Part shown: positions 9,190 to 21,038 of the stretch, one piece after another | Numbering within the stretch: the stretch's first letter is position 1 | Layout: the number at the start of each line of letters is the position of its first letter | Assembly: GCF_001194135.2 (NCBI RefSeq) | Contig: NC_068989.1 | Coordinates: forward strand, 91,401,463-91,438,782 | Direction: 5' to 3' | Length of the DNA stretch: 37,320 bases | Source: Octopus bimaculoides | Lineage: Eukaryota | The notes under the pieces: generated by a model | Databases searched by the model: none | What the model was told of the DNA's origin: nothing | Seen by the model: only the letters and a program-made list of their open reading frames with translations | Program-made: the position numbers and the translations under genes

Positions 9190-10435
9190 CACATCAACCC
9201 TGATCGAGTATTCTCGTGATCAAACGACTTCTAGTAGTCGCCACCATTGCTGGTTTCATGAATAATGCATTATTTAATGTCTTTAGTTTTTTTGTTTCCT
9301 TTTTTTATTCTTTTAATAAGATAAGGTTGGATTAGAAGTGGGTCGGGGTAGGTTAGGATTTGACTACTATTTGTAACAGATCGAGCGACCACGTAAAAGC
9401 TTTCTCCTTAGTGTTTTCATTTCAAATAGACATGTTTATCTGAACAGTAAAACGGCTTGCATGATGAATTGTGTAGTTGTCAAAGATTCGAAGCTTTGAA
9501 CACAATTGATAAACAAGTTATTACATAACCGTAGTTATTTGGATAACAATATTAACTTGTTATTTCGCCATGATATTACTCTGATCAAAGTATATTAGTA
9601 TTATTGATTATTTCTCTATGTCCGAACTGTAAAAAAAAAAGGCAAATGCTTTAAGGAGATTGTTACTCAGAACTGAATATAATATAATGCCTGCTATGCG
9701 ACATAACATTTAATCCTAGCAGCTCCATACTCACTGGCCTCGACAACAACAGCGGTACACTTTACGGCTCGATCAGTTAGAAATAGCAGCTAAATCTGTC
9801 ATAGCATTCTGGTAAAGGACACGTTGAATAATGTGATCTTTGGATCATGCAGAATAGAAATAAGATAGGATTGTCACAAATGGAATGACTTTGATTACTG
9901 ACGTGTTTGATCATGGCTTGCCTAAGGTTTAACGTCGTCTATATCAACAATAAGATGTGGTCACTCTTTTGGCTAGAAATAACAGTTAAACCTCAGCGGT
10001 CTCAACAAGAGGAAGACACATGTGGATGTTATATCAGCTTGAAATAGCAGCTAAATCTACCTCAAATCACGCTCTAACATTCTAATAAAAGATAAATTGG
10101 ATAAAGTAATGTTTATTACCTGTACATAGTGGAAAAGACAGGTTTGACACAAATGGAATTCTAAGATCATAGGTTCGACTGACGAGCGGTGATATGAGTC
10201 TACTTAACAACCAAAAAAGGAACCGCATGATAGACTAGAAATAGCAACCAAATCTCTCAAATCCCAGAAACCATCTTAGAAATGGACATGTTGGCTAATG
10301 TCGAGGAACTGGTCGGTTTCGGCTGGTGTGAGTCTGAAACAGCTTCAAGAAAAGGAACAAAAAGATTAACAACATTTTACAACGGCCATCGACGATGACC
10401 TGACACGGCCTGGTAACTTGCTAGAAATAACAGAG
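9190..10435. repeat. Cluster of an unclassified ~190-260 bp repeat
   Basis: The motif TAGAAATAGCAGCTAAATC and variants occur at 9778, 9974, 10039, 10236 and 10422 on plus, and inverted at ~9358-9380. CACAAATGGAAT is shared at ~9875 and ~10148. Confidence 0.7.
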
Positions 10436-10451
10436 GTTATTAAAAATATTC

Positions 10452-10640
10452 ATTTCTAGATATAGTCACGAAGTCCCACCTTTGTGGGAACAGAAAAGTC
10501 GATTGAGTCGATCCTCGGATTCTAATTATCTTATTCAATCTGGAAGAAAGAAAGGCGAAGTTGAGTAAGATGAGATGCGAACACAGAATTAATGACACAG
10601 AACTAATACCGATGCTCTGACGATTCTACCAATTTCCCAC
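10452..10640 (-). mobile_element. Meta-domain-like SINE (family C), strongly decayed
   Basis: AGTCGATTGAGTCGATCC...AAGAAAGAAAGGCGAAGTTGA...GACGATTCTACC aligns to the copy at 1243-1490. Confidence 0.55.
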
Positions 10641-11189
10641 CATCACAACATACCAAAATAATACCCCACGACTTTAGCAAATAGATAGATAAACAAGCAA
10701 ATATATAACAGCAGAAACACCATTATGTCTATAATCGATATCAGTAAATTTACCGATTCCATTCATTGCTGTCCGCTCATGCGTTCTCAATACCTCCCGT
10801 TTCTTTAAATAGCATAAAACTCTTGTTAATAAATTATATCCCGTGTCTCCAAAGTTATGTTGTATACTTGAGAGTAACACAACACTACGTATTCTCAGCC
10901 CCTCTTTTTCTATATACATCTACACACGGAATAAGACCAGGAGGCGCAGCTGTTTGCATGTTAATGGCTTGACTCGACTGACTGGACATTCAAACTGTTT
11001 GACCGACAGTACTTTTTGGCACCAGAGAAAAACATACACACACACACATGTACACACGTACTCACCCATGAATGAGCACATGCAGGTTTATAGGCATACA
11101 CACAAAAGAGGAAAGGGGGACGGAGTGGAAGAGAGAGATATTACGCAGATACACAAACGTAATTAGATGCCCGAATACATAAACAATGA

Positions 11190-11223
<34 letters not shown>

Positions 11224-11316
11224 CAGAGAGAGAGAGAGACAGAGAGTGAGACAAATGTACAGAGCGAGAAAACAGAGGAAGAAAGNNNNNNNNNNGGAAG
11301 AAAGACTGAGTGTATT

Positions 11317-11404
<88 letters not shown>

Positions 11405-12049
11405 GAGGATGGGAGAGAGAGAAAGAGAAAGAAACATTAAAACGTCCGATAAAAAATGCGTTCAATGTCGATTCAGCGACTCGAAACAGTTTGGGGCCGA
11501 AACGACCGTGACAGAACGTCTCATATCCCACGTCTATACGACTACCCTTAATCCTCTCAAAACACACGCACCCTCTCATCATATAATGCGGCACATCTAT
11601 TCCAAGTCTTTATGAAATCTGAAGAAACCTAACTTCAAAACAACAGGTTTGAAAGCAACACCTTCCGATTCCAATACTCTCTGCCGTCTGAGCAGGAACC
11701 CCAGAGGGCGTCGAATAGAAGCGACCACGACATTCAATAACAAATTCCTAACACCGATAGAGAGTTACGACAGTTCACCAAAAGAAACAAACAATAATGA
11801 TGTACAGATAATCCACTGGATCGGCTTGGGATTATGTCAGACTTGCATGGATCATAATCTCAATATAAAATATAGATTTTATTATTATCCATGAAGGACG
11901 AATAGCATATGTTGTTGTTATTATATGTTGCGTAGAGACTACGGCCGAATGCAAGCTACAATGAAACAAAAATAATGGTAATGAAATATCTCCCAGACAT
12001 ACGAGAAGACATTCTTTTTAGTAAACTTCACCTCTGACAGTTCTTGTAA

Positions 12050-12310
12050 GTCTACCAGTTGATACAATCAATGGAAAAGCCTACTTGGGAAATTGACGTG
12101 GAAGTGGCTGAGTATTCCACGGACAAGCTTATCCTTAATGTAATTCTTAATGATATTCAGCATGGCACAGAATGCGATAGTACAACTCTTTTTTCTAGCT
12201 AAGTGGACTGGTGCAATGTGAAATAAAGTGTCTTGGTGAAGAACACAAAGCACAGTTATAAATCGAACTTACGCCCTTATGACTGTGGGCCAATTACGCA
12301 AACCACTGAC
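12050..12310 (-). mobile_element. SINE family D, decayed
   Basis: Carries the shared tail (GTGGCTGAGTATTCCAC), the CORE-like AAGTGTCTTGGTGAAGAACACA and a tRNA-head remnant. Confidence 0.65.
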
Positions 12311-12446
12311 TCTAGGTGGATCTACACAACAACCTTAAAAAATCGTATCCTCCCAAGCAAGTCTGACAAACGTAAAAGATCCACATGAATACAGAAATAC
12401 ATAAGATTAGCTGCTACAAAATTGGACACATTATCCTGAAACAATG

Positions 12447-12852
12447 TGTGTTGGCACTCTGTCGCTTACGACATCGAGGGTTCCAGTTGATCCGATCAAT
12501 GGAACAGCCTCCTCGTGAAAGTAATGCGCAAGTGGCTGAGTGCTCCACAGACACGTGTACCCTTAACGTAGTTCTCAGGGATATTCAGCGTGACACAGTG
12601 TGACAAGGCTGACCCTTTGAATTACAGGCACAACAGAAACAGGAAGTAAGAATGAGAGAAAGTTGTGGTGGAAGAGTACAGCAGGGTTCGCCANNNNNNN
12701 NNNAGGGTTCGCCACCATCCCCTGCCGGAGCCTCGTGGAGCTTTTAGATATTTTCGCTCATTAAACACTCACAACGCCCGGTCTGGGAATCGAAACCGCG
12801 ATCCTATGACCGCGAGTCCGCTGCCCTAACCACTAGGCCATTGCGCCTCCAA
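12447..12852 (-). mobile_element. tRNA-derived SINE (family A), young copy with a 12-bp target-site duplication
   Basis: CCTGAAACAATG flanks it at 12435-12446 and 12853-12864. The A box TGGCCTAGTGG (12830-12840) and B box GGTTTCGATTCC (12786-12797) are intact and CpGs are retained. Confidence 0.93.
12786..12840 (-). promoter_or_regulatory. Internal RNA polymerase III promoter (A and B boxes) of the SINE
   Basis: Matches to the TRGCNNARYGG and GTTCRANNCC consensus motifs at tRNA-like spacing. Confidence 0.75.
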
Positions 12853-13629
12853 CCTGAAACAATGGTCAAGAAATAATATTTACAATCCGAAGTGAACGTA
12901 GAATACGCTTGGCTAATGTATCAAGCAGTGTGTTTTGTGAGTAGATGGAGATGGTTACAAAACCATCGAGCTTACCACGCGTCTGTGCCTGCAAGACGTT
13001 TAAATGAAGGTCTCTATCTATTTAATATGTCGCAGAGAATAGAGTTAAAGTTTTAAACTCAAGCCATACAGACATGTAAATAAATTAATATTAAGTCCGT
13101 ATTTTTGTTCCTCATTGCTGCTCTTCCTGTCTTTTGTGAAAATTATATAAAGATAAGGACAAATTAATAGGATTAAATAAATTAGCCAAAGTCATATTAA
13201 TCTATAGCTTAAAATTAATAAAATAAATGTAGAAGCTAGAGAGATTAGGAGGAAAACGAAATTGAATAACTGCATTGAGAATACATTATCTATCAGGAGA
13301 CATAAACACTATATATTTATTATTTTACTGACGATAAGACATGAACAGGACAAAAATGTCTTGTAATCTTTTTTCTGGTTCATCTTCGCACGAGATCATA
13401 TTCCACCGAGGCGCGTGTTGCCTTTCACCATCCTGGGGTCCACAAAATATAGTACCAGTAAAGCACTGTCGTCGATGGAATTGGTTGCTCTGTGGTCATC
13501 TTAAGATGAATTATTGTGCAAAATATAAGAGAAATGGCTTAGAAAAATGGTTGGATAGTCGGATGAAATATAATTTTCAGTGATATTTCTGCTCGAGAGA
13601 ACAACAGACAGGAAAACGTCTACAGAATC

Positions 13630-13666
<37 letters not shown>

Positions 13667-14940
13667 AGAGAGAGAGAGAGAGGGGGGGAGATATGTACAT
13701 TCATATATACATAATATATATGTGTGTATATATGCTTGTATATACATATATAGATACATACGTTTATATATGTACCACAAGAGAGAAACGGGAAGCGATC
13801 AATGTCAAACCTCGGTTGTGTAAGCGCAGGAGTAGCATCCGAGCGCTGAAGGCAGTGTGGCAAGCCTAAAGTAAGTTTTGGCGAATAGTTGACTTCCCCT
13901 TGTATATGTGTGTATGTACGTATGTATGTATGTATGTATGTATGTATGTATGTATGCATGTATGCGTGTGCATGTATGTATGCTTGTTTATTTGTTTGTT
14001 AGTTTGTTTTTTTTTCAGTTGGGAGTTGAATCTGGGAAATCGATTTTGTTTTAGTTAATAAAATCGTCTCATTATGTAGACCGATATTTCAAAGACCGCA
14101 GGACTATGGGAAAACCTATTTTATTAAAAATAAATCTTTAGTAGTAAAACTGGCTGGAAACTACCGTTGAGTATAACTACATACGATACAGTATAATAGT
14201 ATTTGAATGCTCTATTGGAAGGCTAGCAAAAGTAGCAAATTTTACGAGATTATTACACTATGATGTAGTATATTTTATAAATGGTATTATGTTAAAACTA
14301 CTATATTCTATTTTATTTGATGTCTCTCATTATTTTATAATAGCATGCTACAGCTCAACGATTTTCTATTCAAACAAATGTAATTGCTTGCTTGCTTCTA
14401 AAATTGTTTTGTTTTAAATACATGTTATGGTTCTAAATTACAGGCTGGGTTTGTTTTTTTATAAAAACATGTCTCGTTTCAATAATTGGTCTAATTAAAA
14501 AATAAGACCAACAACAGAAAACTACATGCACAAATTAGCAAATTAATAATATGCTCTAACTGGTATCTTTCGAATAATATAACTTGCAAATATAGCCCTG
14601 GTAAATTCAACTGTTTTCTCTGGACTGACACAATATTGATATCGGTTAAAATTCTTGGCGGCACCAGTTTCAAAGATCTCCGTTCTGATATCGAATCTCA
14701 CCAAGATGAGCTCTGCAGAAAAGTTGATTGACAAATGGTTAGAAGATCGAATAAAAGATTTTTCAATTGTTTCACTATTTCTTTACGAATCCAATGGCTT
14801 ACACGATCACACGGCTCAATCTGTAATTTTTTAGTTTGAAGATGTTTATAATTAACATATTCCAGTCGACAATGATGCGTTGTGGCTTTCATCGCGTTAT
14901 AGATCAATATCGGCTGAATACATATGGAATATGATGTGGT

Positions 14941-15069
14941 GCCTTTGCGGAACCGTTAAGTTACGGGGACATAAACACACAAGCATCGGTTGTGAAGCGA
15001 TGTTAGGGGGGGGACAAAAACAGACACACACACACAGACACACACACACACACACACAGACACACACAC
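14941..15069 (-). mobile_element. Composite SINE (family B) partial tail plus microsatellite
   Basis: AAGTTACGGGGACATAAACACACAAGCATCGGTTGTGAAGCGATG matches the family B tail. Confidence 0.7.
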
Positions 15070-16309
15070 NNNNNNNNNNCTATCTATCTATCTATCTATC
15101 TATCTATCTGTCTGTCTGTCTATCTGCTTGTCTACCTATGTGTATTGTGTTTTGAGTGCGTGTGTGTGTGTGTGTGAGTGTGTTTGTGTATGTGTGTGTG
15201 TGTGCGTGTGTGTGAGAATGTGTGTGTGCATATATCATTTACATGAATATGAGGTGAATACAAATCAACCATTTAAAATATAAATAATAAATTTTATGTG
15301 CAAAGATGAGATTCCTTTCGGGAATGGAGATAAGTCAACATTCCACTGACAAGAAAAGTCTGAGAGAGTAAACATCCAAACAGCAACAATTTCCTTGAAC
15401 CAGTTTATTTAATTATCATCATCTACATCATTATACTTATTATCGAATTTGCTATTCACTATACAGGTTGTAATCAAAAATATTATTTCCTATTTTGCGA
15501 ACAACGAACAAATATTATTTTTGTTAGCATTGCAGGACGCCACAAATACACACGTAGATATGACATATATGTATATATATATATATATATNNNNNNNNNN
15601 NNNNNNNNNNNNNNNNNNNNNNNNNNNNNNNNNNNNNNNNNNNNNNNNNNNNNNNNNNNNNNNNNNNNNNNNNNNNNNNNNNNNNNNNNNNNNNNNNNNN
15701 NNNNNNNNNNNNNNNNNNNNNNNNNNNNNNNNNNNNNNNNNNNNNNNNNNNNNNNNNNNNNNNNNNNNNNNNNNNNNNNNNNNNNNNNNNNNNNNNNNNN
15801 NNNNNNNNNNNNNNNNNNNNNNNNNNNNNNNNNNNNNNNNNNNNNNNNNNNNNNNNNNNNNNNNNNNNNNNNNNNNNNNNNNNNNNNNNNNNNNNNNNNN
15901 NNNNNNNNNNNNNNNNNNNNNNNNNNNNNNNNNNNNNNNNNNNNNNNNNNNNNNNNNNNNNNNNNNNNNNNNNNNNNNNNNNNNNNNNNNNNNNNNNNNN
16001 NNNNNNNNNNNNNNNNNNNNNNNNNNNNNNNNNNNNNNNNNNNNNNNNNNNNNNNNNNNNNNNNNNNNNNNNNNNNNNNNNNNNNNNNNNNNNNNNNNNN
16101 NNNNNNNNGCATGTGCATATCGATTTATTGCGGTTCGGTCTGAATATAGCTGGTTTAGGCCTTTATATTTTTGCATCATAATATCTTTTCTAGAGGATGC
16201 CCTTCAGCTCTTTTATGAAGCTGAAGAAAACAGAACTGTGCTATATTTGGGATTGGAAAAGCGTCTACATTGTTCTACATTCATAGAATGTCTGCTGTTG
16301 AAAATGAGT

Positions 16310-16349
<40 letters not shown>

Positions 16350-16354
16350 TATAG

Positions 16355-16386
<32 letters not shown>

Positions 16387-16582
16387 AGAAGTCTACAAAA
16401 GTATTTCCTGACGATATCTTAGTTTTGTCTTTTTTTCTCTTTGTTGCTTTCTAAATCTGCATCTCTGACTAACTGACGCTTCATTATCTTATTCGCGTTC
16501 TCATTGTCCCTGCGTAGAGACTAACTCAATCAACTACAAAGGTAAATACGCATATATTTTACATATCATCCTGATATATATG

Positions 16583-16924
16583 TTCTTTTATTTGTTTCAG
16601 TCACTTGGCTGTGGCCATGCTGGAGCACCACCTTTAGTCGCACAAGTCGACCCCAGGACTTATTCTTTGTAAACCTAGAACTTATTCTATCGTTCGCGCT
16701 TGCCGAAATGCTATGGTACAGGGACGTAAACACACCAACATCGGTTGTCAAGTGAATGTGGGAGGAAAAACACAGACACACAAACATATATACGAACACA
16801 CAGTTTCCATCTACCAAATTCACTCGCAAGGCTTTGGCCCGCCTGAGGCTATGGTAGAAGATACCCAGTGTGCCACGCAGTGGTTGGTAAGCAAGCTACT
16901 TACCACACAGTCACTCCTGCGCCT
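16583..16924 (-). mobile_element. Composite SINE (family B), complete, with a very short internal microsatellite
   Basis: Head AGGCGCAGGAGTGACTGTGTGGTAAG and tail ...GACTGAAACAAATAAAAGAAC. The central CA/TA tract is only ~30 bp. Confidence 0.88.
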
Positions 16925-16931
16925 ATATATA

Positions 16932-17424
16932 CAGGGGTTAGGCAAAATAATGGAAACACCTTAAAATTTCAAACAATTTATTTTAATAAGGGGTAGGGCC
17001 CTCTTTGGCAGTATTTACAGCTTGAATTCTATGGGATATGGATCCGTACAAAATTTGTATTGTTTCCAAAGGAATTATTTTCTATTCTTCAGTTAAAACA
17101 GTCTCCAGTTCTTGTAGTGATGATGGTGGAGGATATCGACTCCTGACTTGTTTTTCTAAAATGCACCACAAATTTTCAATAATATTGAGATCTGTGGACT
17201 GTGGTGGCCAGATAAGATGTTCAACTTCACTAGAATGTTACTTGTGCCATTCACTAACAAATTTAGCCGTGGGAATTGGTGCCTTATCCTGAAATATTGC
17301 GTTTCACTCCGGAAACAGTTTTGCAACCATAGGATGAATTTGATCAGATAAAACGCTTCAATAGTCTTGACTCTTATTTCTGCCATGAATGGAAACCACT
17401 GGGTCGGCGGATTTCCAAGATATA
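16932..17424 (-). mobile_element. Tc1-like transposon 3' half, DD36E spacing (Incomer-like), pseudogenised
   Basis: TA followed by the TIR CAGGGGTTAGGCAAAATAATGGAAACACC at 16932. The minus translation is HPMVAKLFPE*NAIFQDKAPIPTAKFVSEWHK*HSSEVEHLIWPPQSTDLNIIENLW...KEGPTPY*, with 36 residues between D and E. It is truncated at a gap. Confidence 0.9.
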
Positions 17425-17751
17425 NNNNNNNNNNNNNNNNNNNNNNNNNNNNNNNNNNNNNNNNNNNNNNNNNNNNNNNNNNNNNNNNNNNNNNNNNNNN
17501 NNNNNNNNNNNNNNNNNNNNNNNNNNNNNNNNNNNNNNNNNNNNNNNNNNNNNNNNNNNNNNNNNNNNNNNNNNNNNNNNNNNNNNNNNNNNNNNNNNNN
17601 NNNNNNNNNNNNNNNNNNNNNNNNNNNNNNNNNNNNNNNNNNNNNNNNNNNNNNNNNNNNNNNNNNNNNNNNNNNNNNNNNNNNNNNNNNNNNNNNNNNN
17701 NNNNNNNNNNNNNNNNNNNNNNNNNNNNNNNNNNNNNNNNNNNNNNNNNNN

Positions 17752-17790
<39 letters not shown>

Positions 17791-18079
17791 TATATATTAT
17801 TGAAAAGAGTTCCAGCTTTGTCTGTTTCTTATGTTTTATTTATATTCTTATAAAATTAATGTGGGATATAGTATGTGGAATATATAATATAAATAGTAAA
17901 ATGAAATGAAGTACTGAATGTCTTATTGAGTATTAGATATAGAGTATTAAATACATTGAGTATTAAATACATAAGGACTAGTATACTTTCCTGCCTCATG
18001 GCAGTCAAGGTCCCGTCTTCAAGTGTTTGGGGAAATTTCGAACCTGGATTCTCATTCCTAAGGTATTTTTCAATGTTGC

Positions 18080-18080
<1 letters not shown>

Positions 18081-18161
<81 letters not shown>
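18081..18161. repeat. (ATT)27 microsatellite between two inverted PLE-like arms
   Basis: A perfect 81-nt run. It gives the poly-N, poly-L and poly-I ORFs. Confidence 0.97.
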
Positions 18162-18164
<3 letters not shown>

Positions 18165-18197
18165 ACGAATGAGAACCCAGGTTCGAAATTTCTCCAA

Positions 18198-18243
18198 GAC
18201 ACCTGATGAAGGCTGGATGGTATATCAGCTGAAACGTTGTGTT
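18198..18243 (+). ncRNA. Minimal type I hammerhead ribozyme-like fold with intact CUGAUGA/GAAA core
   Basis: GACAC-CUGAUGA-A-GGCUG(GAUGGUAUAU)CAGCU-GAAA-CG-UU-GUGUU. Stem I is GACAC/GUGUU, stem II is GGCUG/CAGCU, the stem III region is the palindromic AACGUU, and the triplet is GUU. Confidence 0.72.
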
Positions 18244-18369
18244 AAAAATAAGATGATGACAAATATCCGTCAAATGTAAATAACGTAGTAAGTATACAAG
18301 GTATTTGAATTCATGATTGATATTGTCCTGATGATGCAGAAGAACCACCAGAAAACAAAAAGGCAAATC

Positions 18370-18930
18370 AAGGAATTCCAGAAATGCAGGATCACCCTGA
18401 CCACGAGCACTCTCCCAAATGTTGTTCTCCAGTCTTTAAGTGCATACATTGAGTAGGGCCATTGCTAATGTAAAACTTTCATCGACTGCATTTCAAGACT
18501 AGTAGAGGGCTGTGAGGGCCTGACGACACTCCTCTTGCCAGACACGTAATCTTGGTGTTCTCTTTACACAGAACTGCAGCTCCGTCAAAGAGATGGGCTG
18601 CGTTTCTTACAAAGAAGCCTACACTGACTCACTGTCTAGGAAAGTTTTATGTAGCATAGCGGCAGCGCGTGCATGCATATCAGATGCCATGGCAGGAAAA
18701 AGGCCCGCCTTTCACAGAGCGTTAGCAATTGAAGGACCGTCTGACCACTGGAACACATCGTTTCCACGGAAACGAAAAAGTATGAGCTCCAGTCTGGTCG
18801 AACTTCGAGAGGAATAGGGACGACGGTCAGGTGATATTTATTACAGAAAAAATGTAGGAATTCATTACCTCTGAACGACCTTTCAGGGATAGTTTCCTTT
18901 CAGCCCATTTCTGATTGAGGTTGCGTTTAC
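18370..18930 (-). mobile_element. L1/Tx1-clade LINE ORF2 fragment (post-RT C-terminal region), decayed
   Basis: The minus translation includes QKWAERKLSLKGRSEVMNSYIFSV (18875-18907 core), then RLELILFRF/xWKRCVPVVRRS..KGG, typical of Tx1-type ORF2. There are multiple stops and frameshifts. Confidence 0.75.
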
Positions 18931-19652
18931 GTCTGCGCTGATAGTTATACAACGTACGGAAAGATAAAATGGAACAAACAGGAAAAAATCTAGGGAAAAG
19001 AGGAAGCATCAAGAACAAATAGTCATTGAGAGGTGACAGAAGATGTGACGAAAGAACTATAACAAATAAACTAATAATAAAGTGAAGGTCAAATAACGAG
19101 TGCATGTGTTTATTGGCAAAATGATCTTCCCCAAATATAGCAATAATTTTCCAACACACGATATCTCATCAAGATTCTTGCAAAAACAACTACTTAGATG
19201 TGTGTTGTGTGTGTGTGTGTGTGTGTGTATGTGTGTGTGTGTGTGTGTGCGCGTGTGTGTGTGTGTGAGTGTGTGTGTGTGTATAAACGATTTTGACATC
19301 GCGAGTGTTTGGCGGTGTACGTCCTCATGCACACACGTACACACATTGTGTGGTTACATGTGTAACAGCTTTCAATACAACAGCGGCTGACAAAGAGAAT
19401 GGTCATCGATACATTTCGATATTCTGCAACAATAGTCTTGGAATATTGCATACTTCCATTCCATGGTATATTTGAATCTCATTCCGTCCGTTGATGTTAT
19501 ACACATACGAAGAACATAAGAGCCCCGAGACCCTATTCAGATCCTGGACGACTTTGTGACGTCAACTTTTGAATATTTCACCTTAGATGGACAAAAATTG
19601 TACTGTCTGGGTTCTTGTGCATCGCTTTTCCTCACGTTCTTCCCCACCTCAT

Positions 19653-19713
<61 letters not shown>

Positions 19714-20918
19714 AAAATATACATACAATTATACTTACACACATACATATATATATATAAGTATACATACATATATATATATATATATGTGTGTGTATGT
19801 TTGTGTATATGTGTGTGTGTTTGTGTGTATCTGTATATATAATGCGTGCAAATGTATTTGTATGTATGTATGTATACACATTCATATACGTATTATAAAA
19901 ATGCAAACATACATACACACAGATATACACATATTGAAATGTAAACAAATATACTTTTTGAAGTTCTTCTGAATTTCTGAATTTATTTATAGATTTCTTG
20001 ATCGACTTTACACTGACTATTGCTGCTCTTCCTCTCTTTCTTTTGCTGTCTCCATCTGCCTTTGTTTTCAATATCCTGTTGTTTCCAATATCTAGCGGCG
20101 TTCGTCCAACTACTGTTATTTTTATTTTGTTGTAATAGTCGCCAATACATGAAAAGTTTTGTGAGAATTTTCTTTTTTTGAAGAACGTCTGCTGTTTGTC
20201 AAATTGCGTACGTATACATATGAGTGTGTGTTTTTTTCAGGTGTTTGACTAAGTGCTATGTGTGTATGTGTGTACGCGTATACAGGTGTATGTGTGTTTA
20301 TTTTCGTTTCGTTGTAATTGTGAGGCAACGAAATCCATATGTCGATAAACAAAACATATTTATATATACACAAGTTGTTTGATTCTGGTCATCATTTCTA
20401 CACAACGTATTTGACTCTGGGACCCCACAAATAAGAGGGAATCTGTTTTGTATGGCATCTAGGATGTCCCTGATTCATGGAGAGTAGTGGACAACACTAT
20501 TTAACAGCAAAATCTGACCCACGGTAACTTCGAGTTAATATCGTTTAGTCTGTTGAGACCACACTCCTGACAGGTGAGAGACTACCTCCACACGATACTC
20601 CGACTATTTTACTCTTTTCTAGATGCCAGTAACTATAAGCAAACTCGCTGGATATTTCTTCCTTCTCTTTAACATAGCGAGAGTGCATTATGGGCCTCGA
20701 CCTTGCACATCACTTATAATCACACAAACCACACAAGTTGCATTCTTTATATTTCTGGCGTAATGTAATTCGATATGTTTGTAGGAATGAACTTTTCATA
20801 CTATGACGGGGCCTGGTTTGGGGACAGATTGTCAGAAATACTGAGGAATTCGCTTCCATTTTGGTATTAGACGCTGTCGATGTTCTGTTACGTTCTCACT
20901 ACTGTAAGCGGTAAACAT

Positions 20919-21038
20919 ATTCTTTTCTACTCTAGGAACAAGGCCCGAAATGTTTGGGGACGGGGCCAGACGATTAGATCGACGCATTACGCAACTAGTA
21001 CTTAATTTATCGACCGCAAAAGGATGAAAGGCAAAGTC
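20919..21038 (-). mobile_element. Meta-domain-like SINE (family C) 3' half
   Basis: TTCTTTTCTACTCTAGGAACAAGGCCCGAAAT...GTACTTAATTTATCGACC..AAAGGATGAAAGGCAAAGTC. Confidence 0.8.

Larger units (their letters stand above)
18014..18290 (+). mobile_element. Penelope-like-derived unit with an inverted partial copy
   Basis: 18014-18057 is the reverse complement of 18167-18212 (GAATGAGAA[T/C]CCAGGTTCGAAATTT...ACAC[T/C]TGA). The plus copy continues into a hammerhead fold. Confidence 0.6.

Noticed and set aside
9778-10430. Recurrent ~19-bp motif with spacers, superficially CRISPR-like
   Set aside because: The context is eukaryotic, spacing is irregular and long (65-197 bp), the spacers are homologous to each other, and there are no cas genes.
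11845-11893. Small hairpin CATGGAT...ATCCATG, possible pre-miRNA
   Set aside because: It is under 50 nt, AT-rich and interrupted by several bulges, so it is too weak.
12683-12714. AGGGTTCGCCA duplicated on both sides of a 10-N gap
   Set aside because: This is a contig-overlap assembly artefact inside a continuous SINE, not a biological duplication.
12778-12850. tRNA gene
   Set aside because: It is the tRNA-derived head of a SINE that continues for ~330 bp and has a TSD. No proper acceptor stem is present.
16109-16310. Possible exon EDALQLFYEAEENRTVLYLGLEKR after TTTTCTAG
   Set aside because: There is no good donor, it runs into (AG)n, and no homology is recognised.
17950-17967. Exact 18-mer AATACATTGAGTATTAAA also found at 33097-33114
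   Set aside because: It is very AT-rich and the flanks do not extend, so a chance match is plausible in a window this size.
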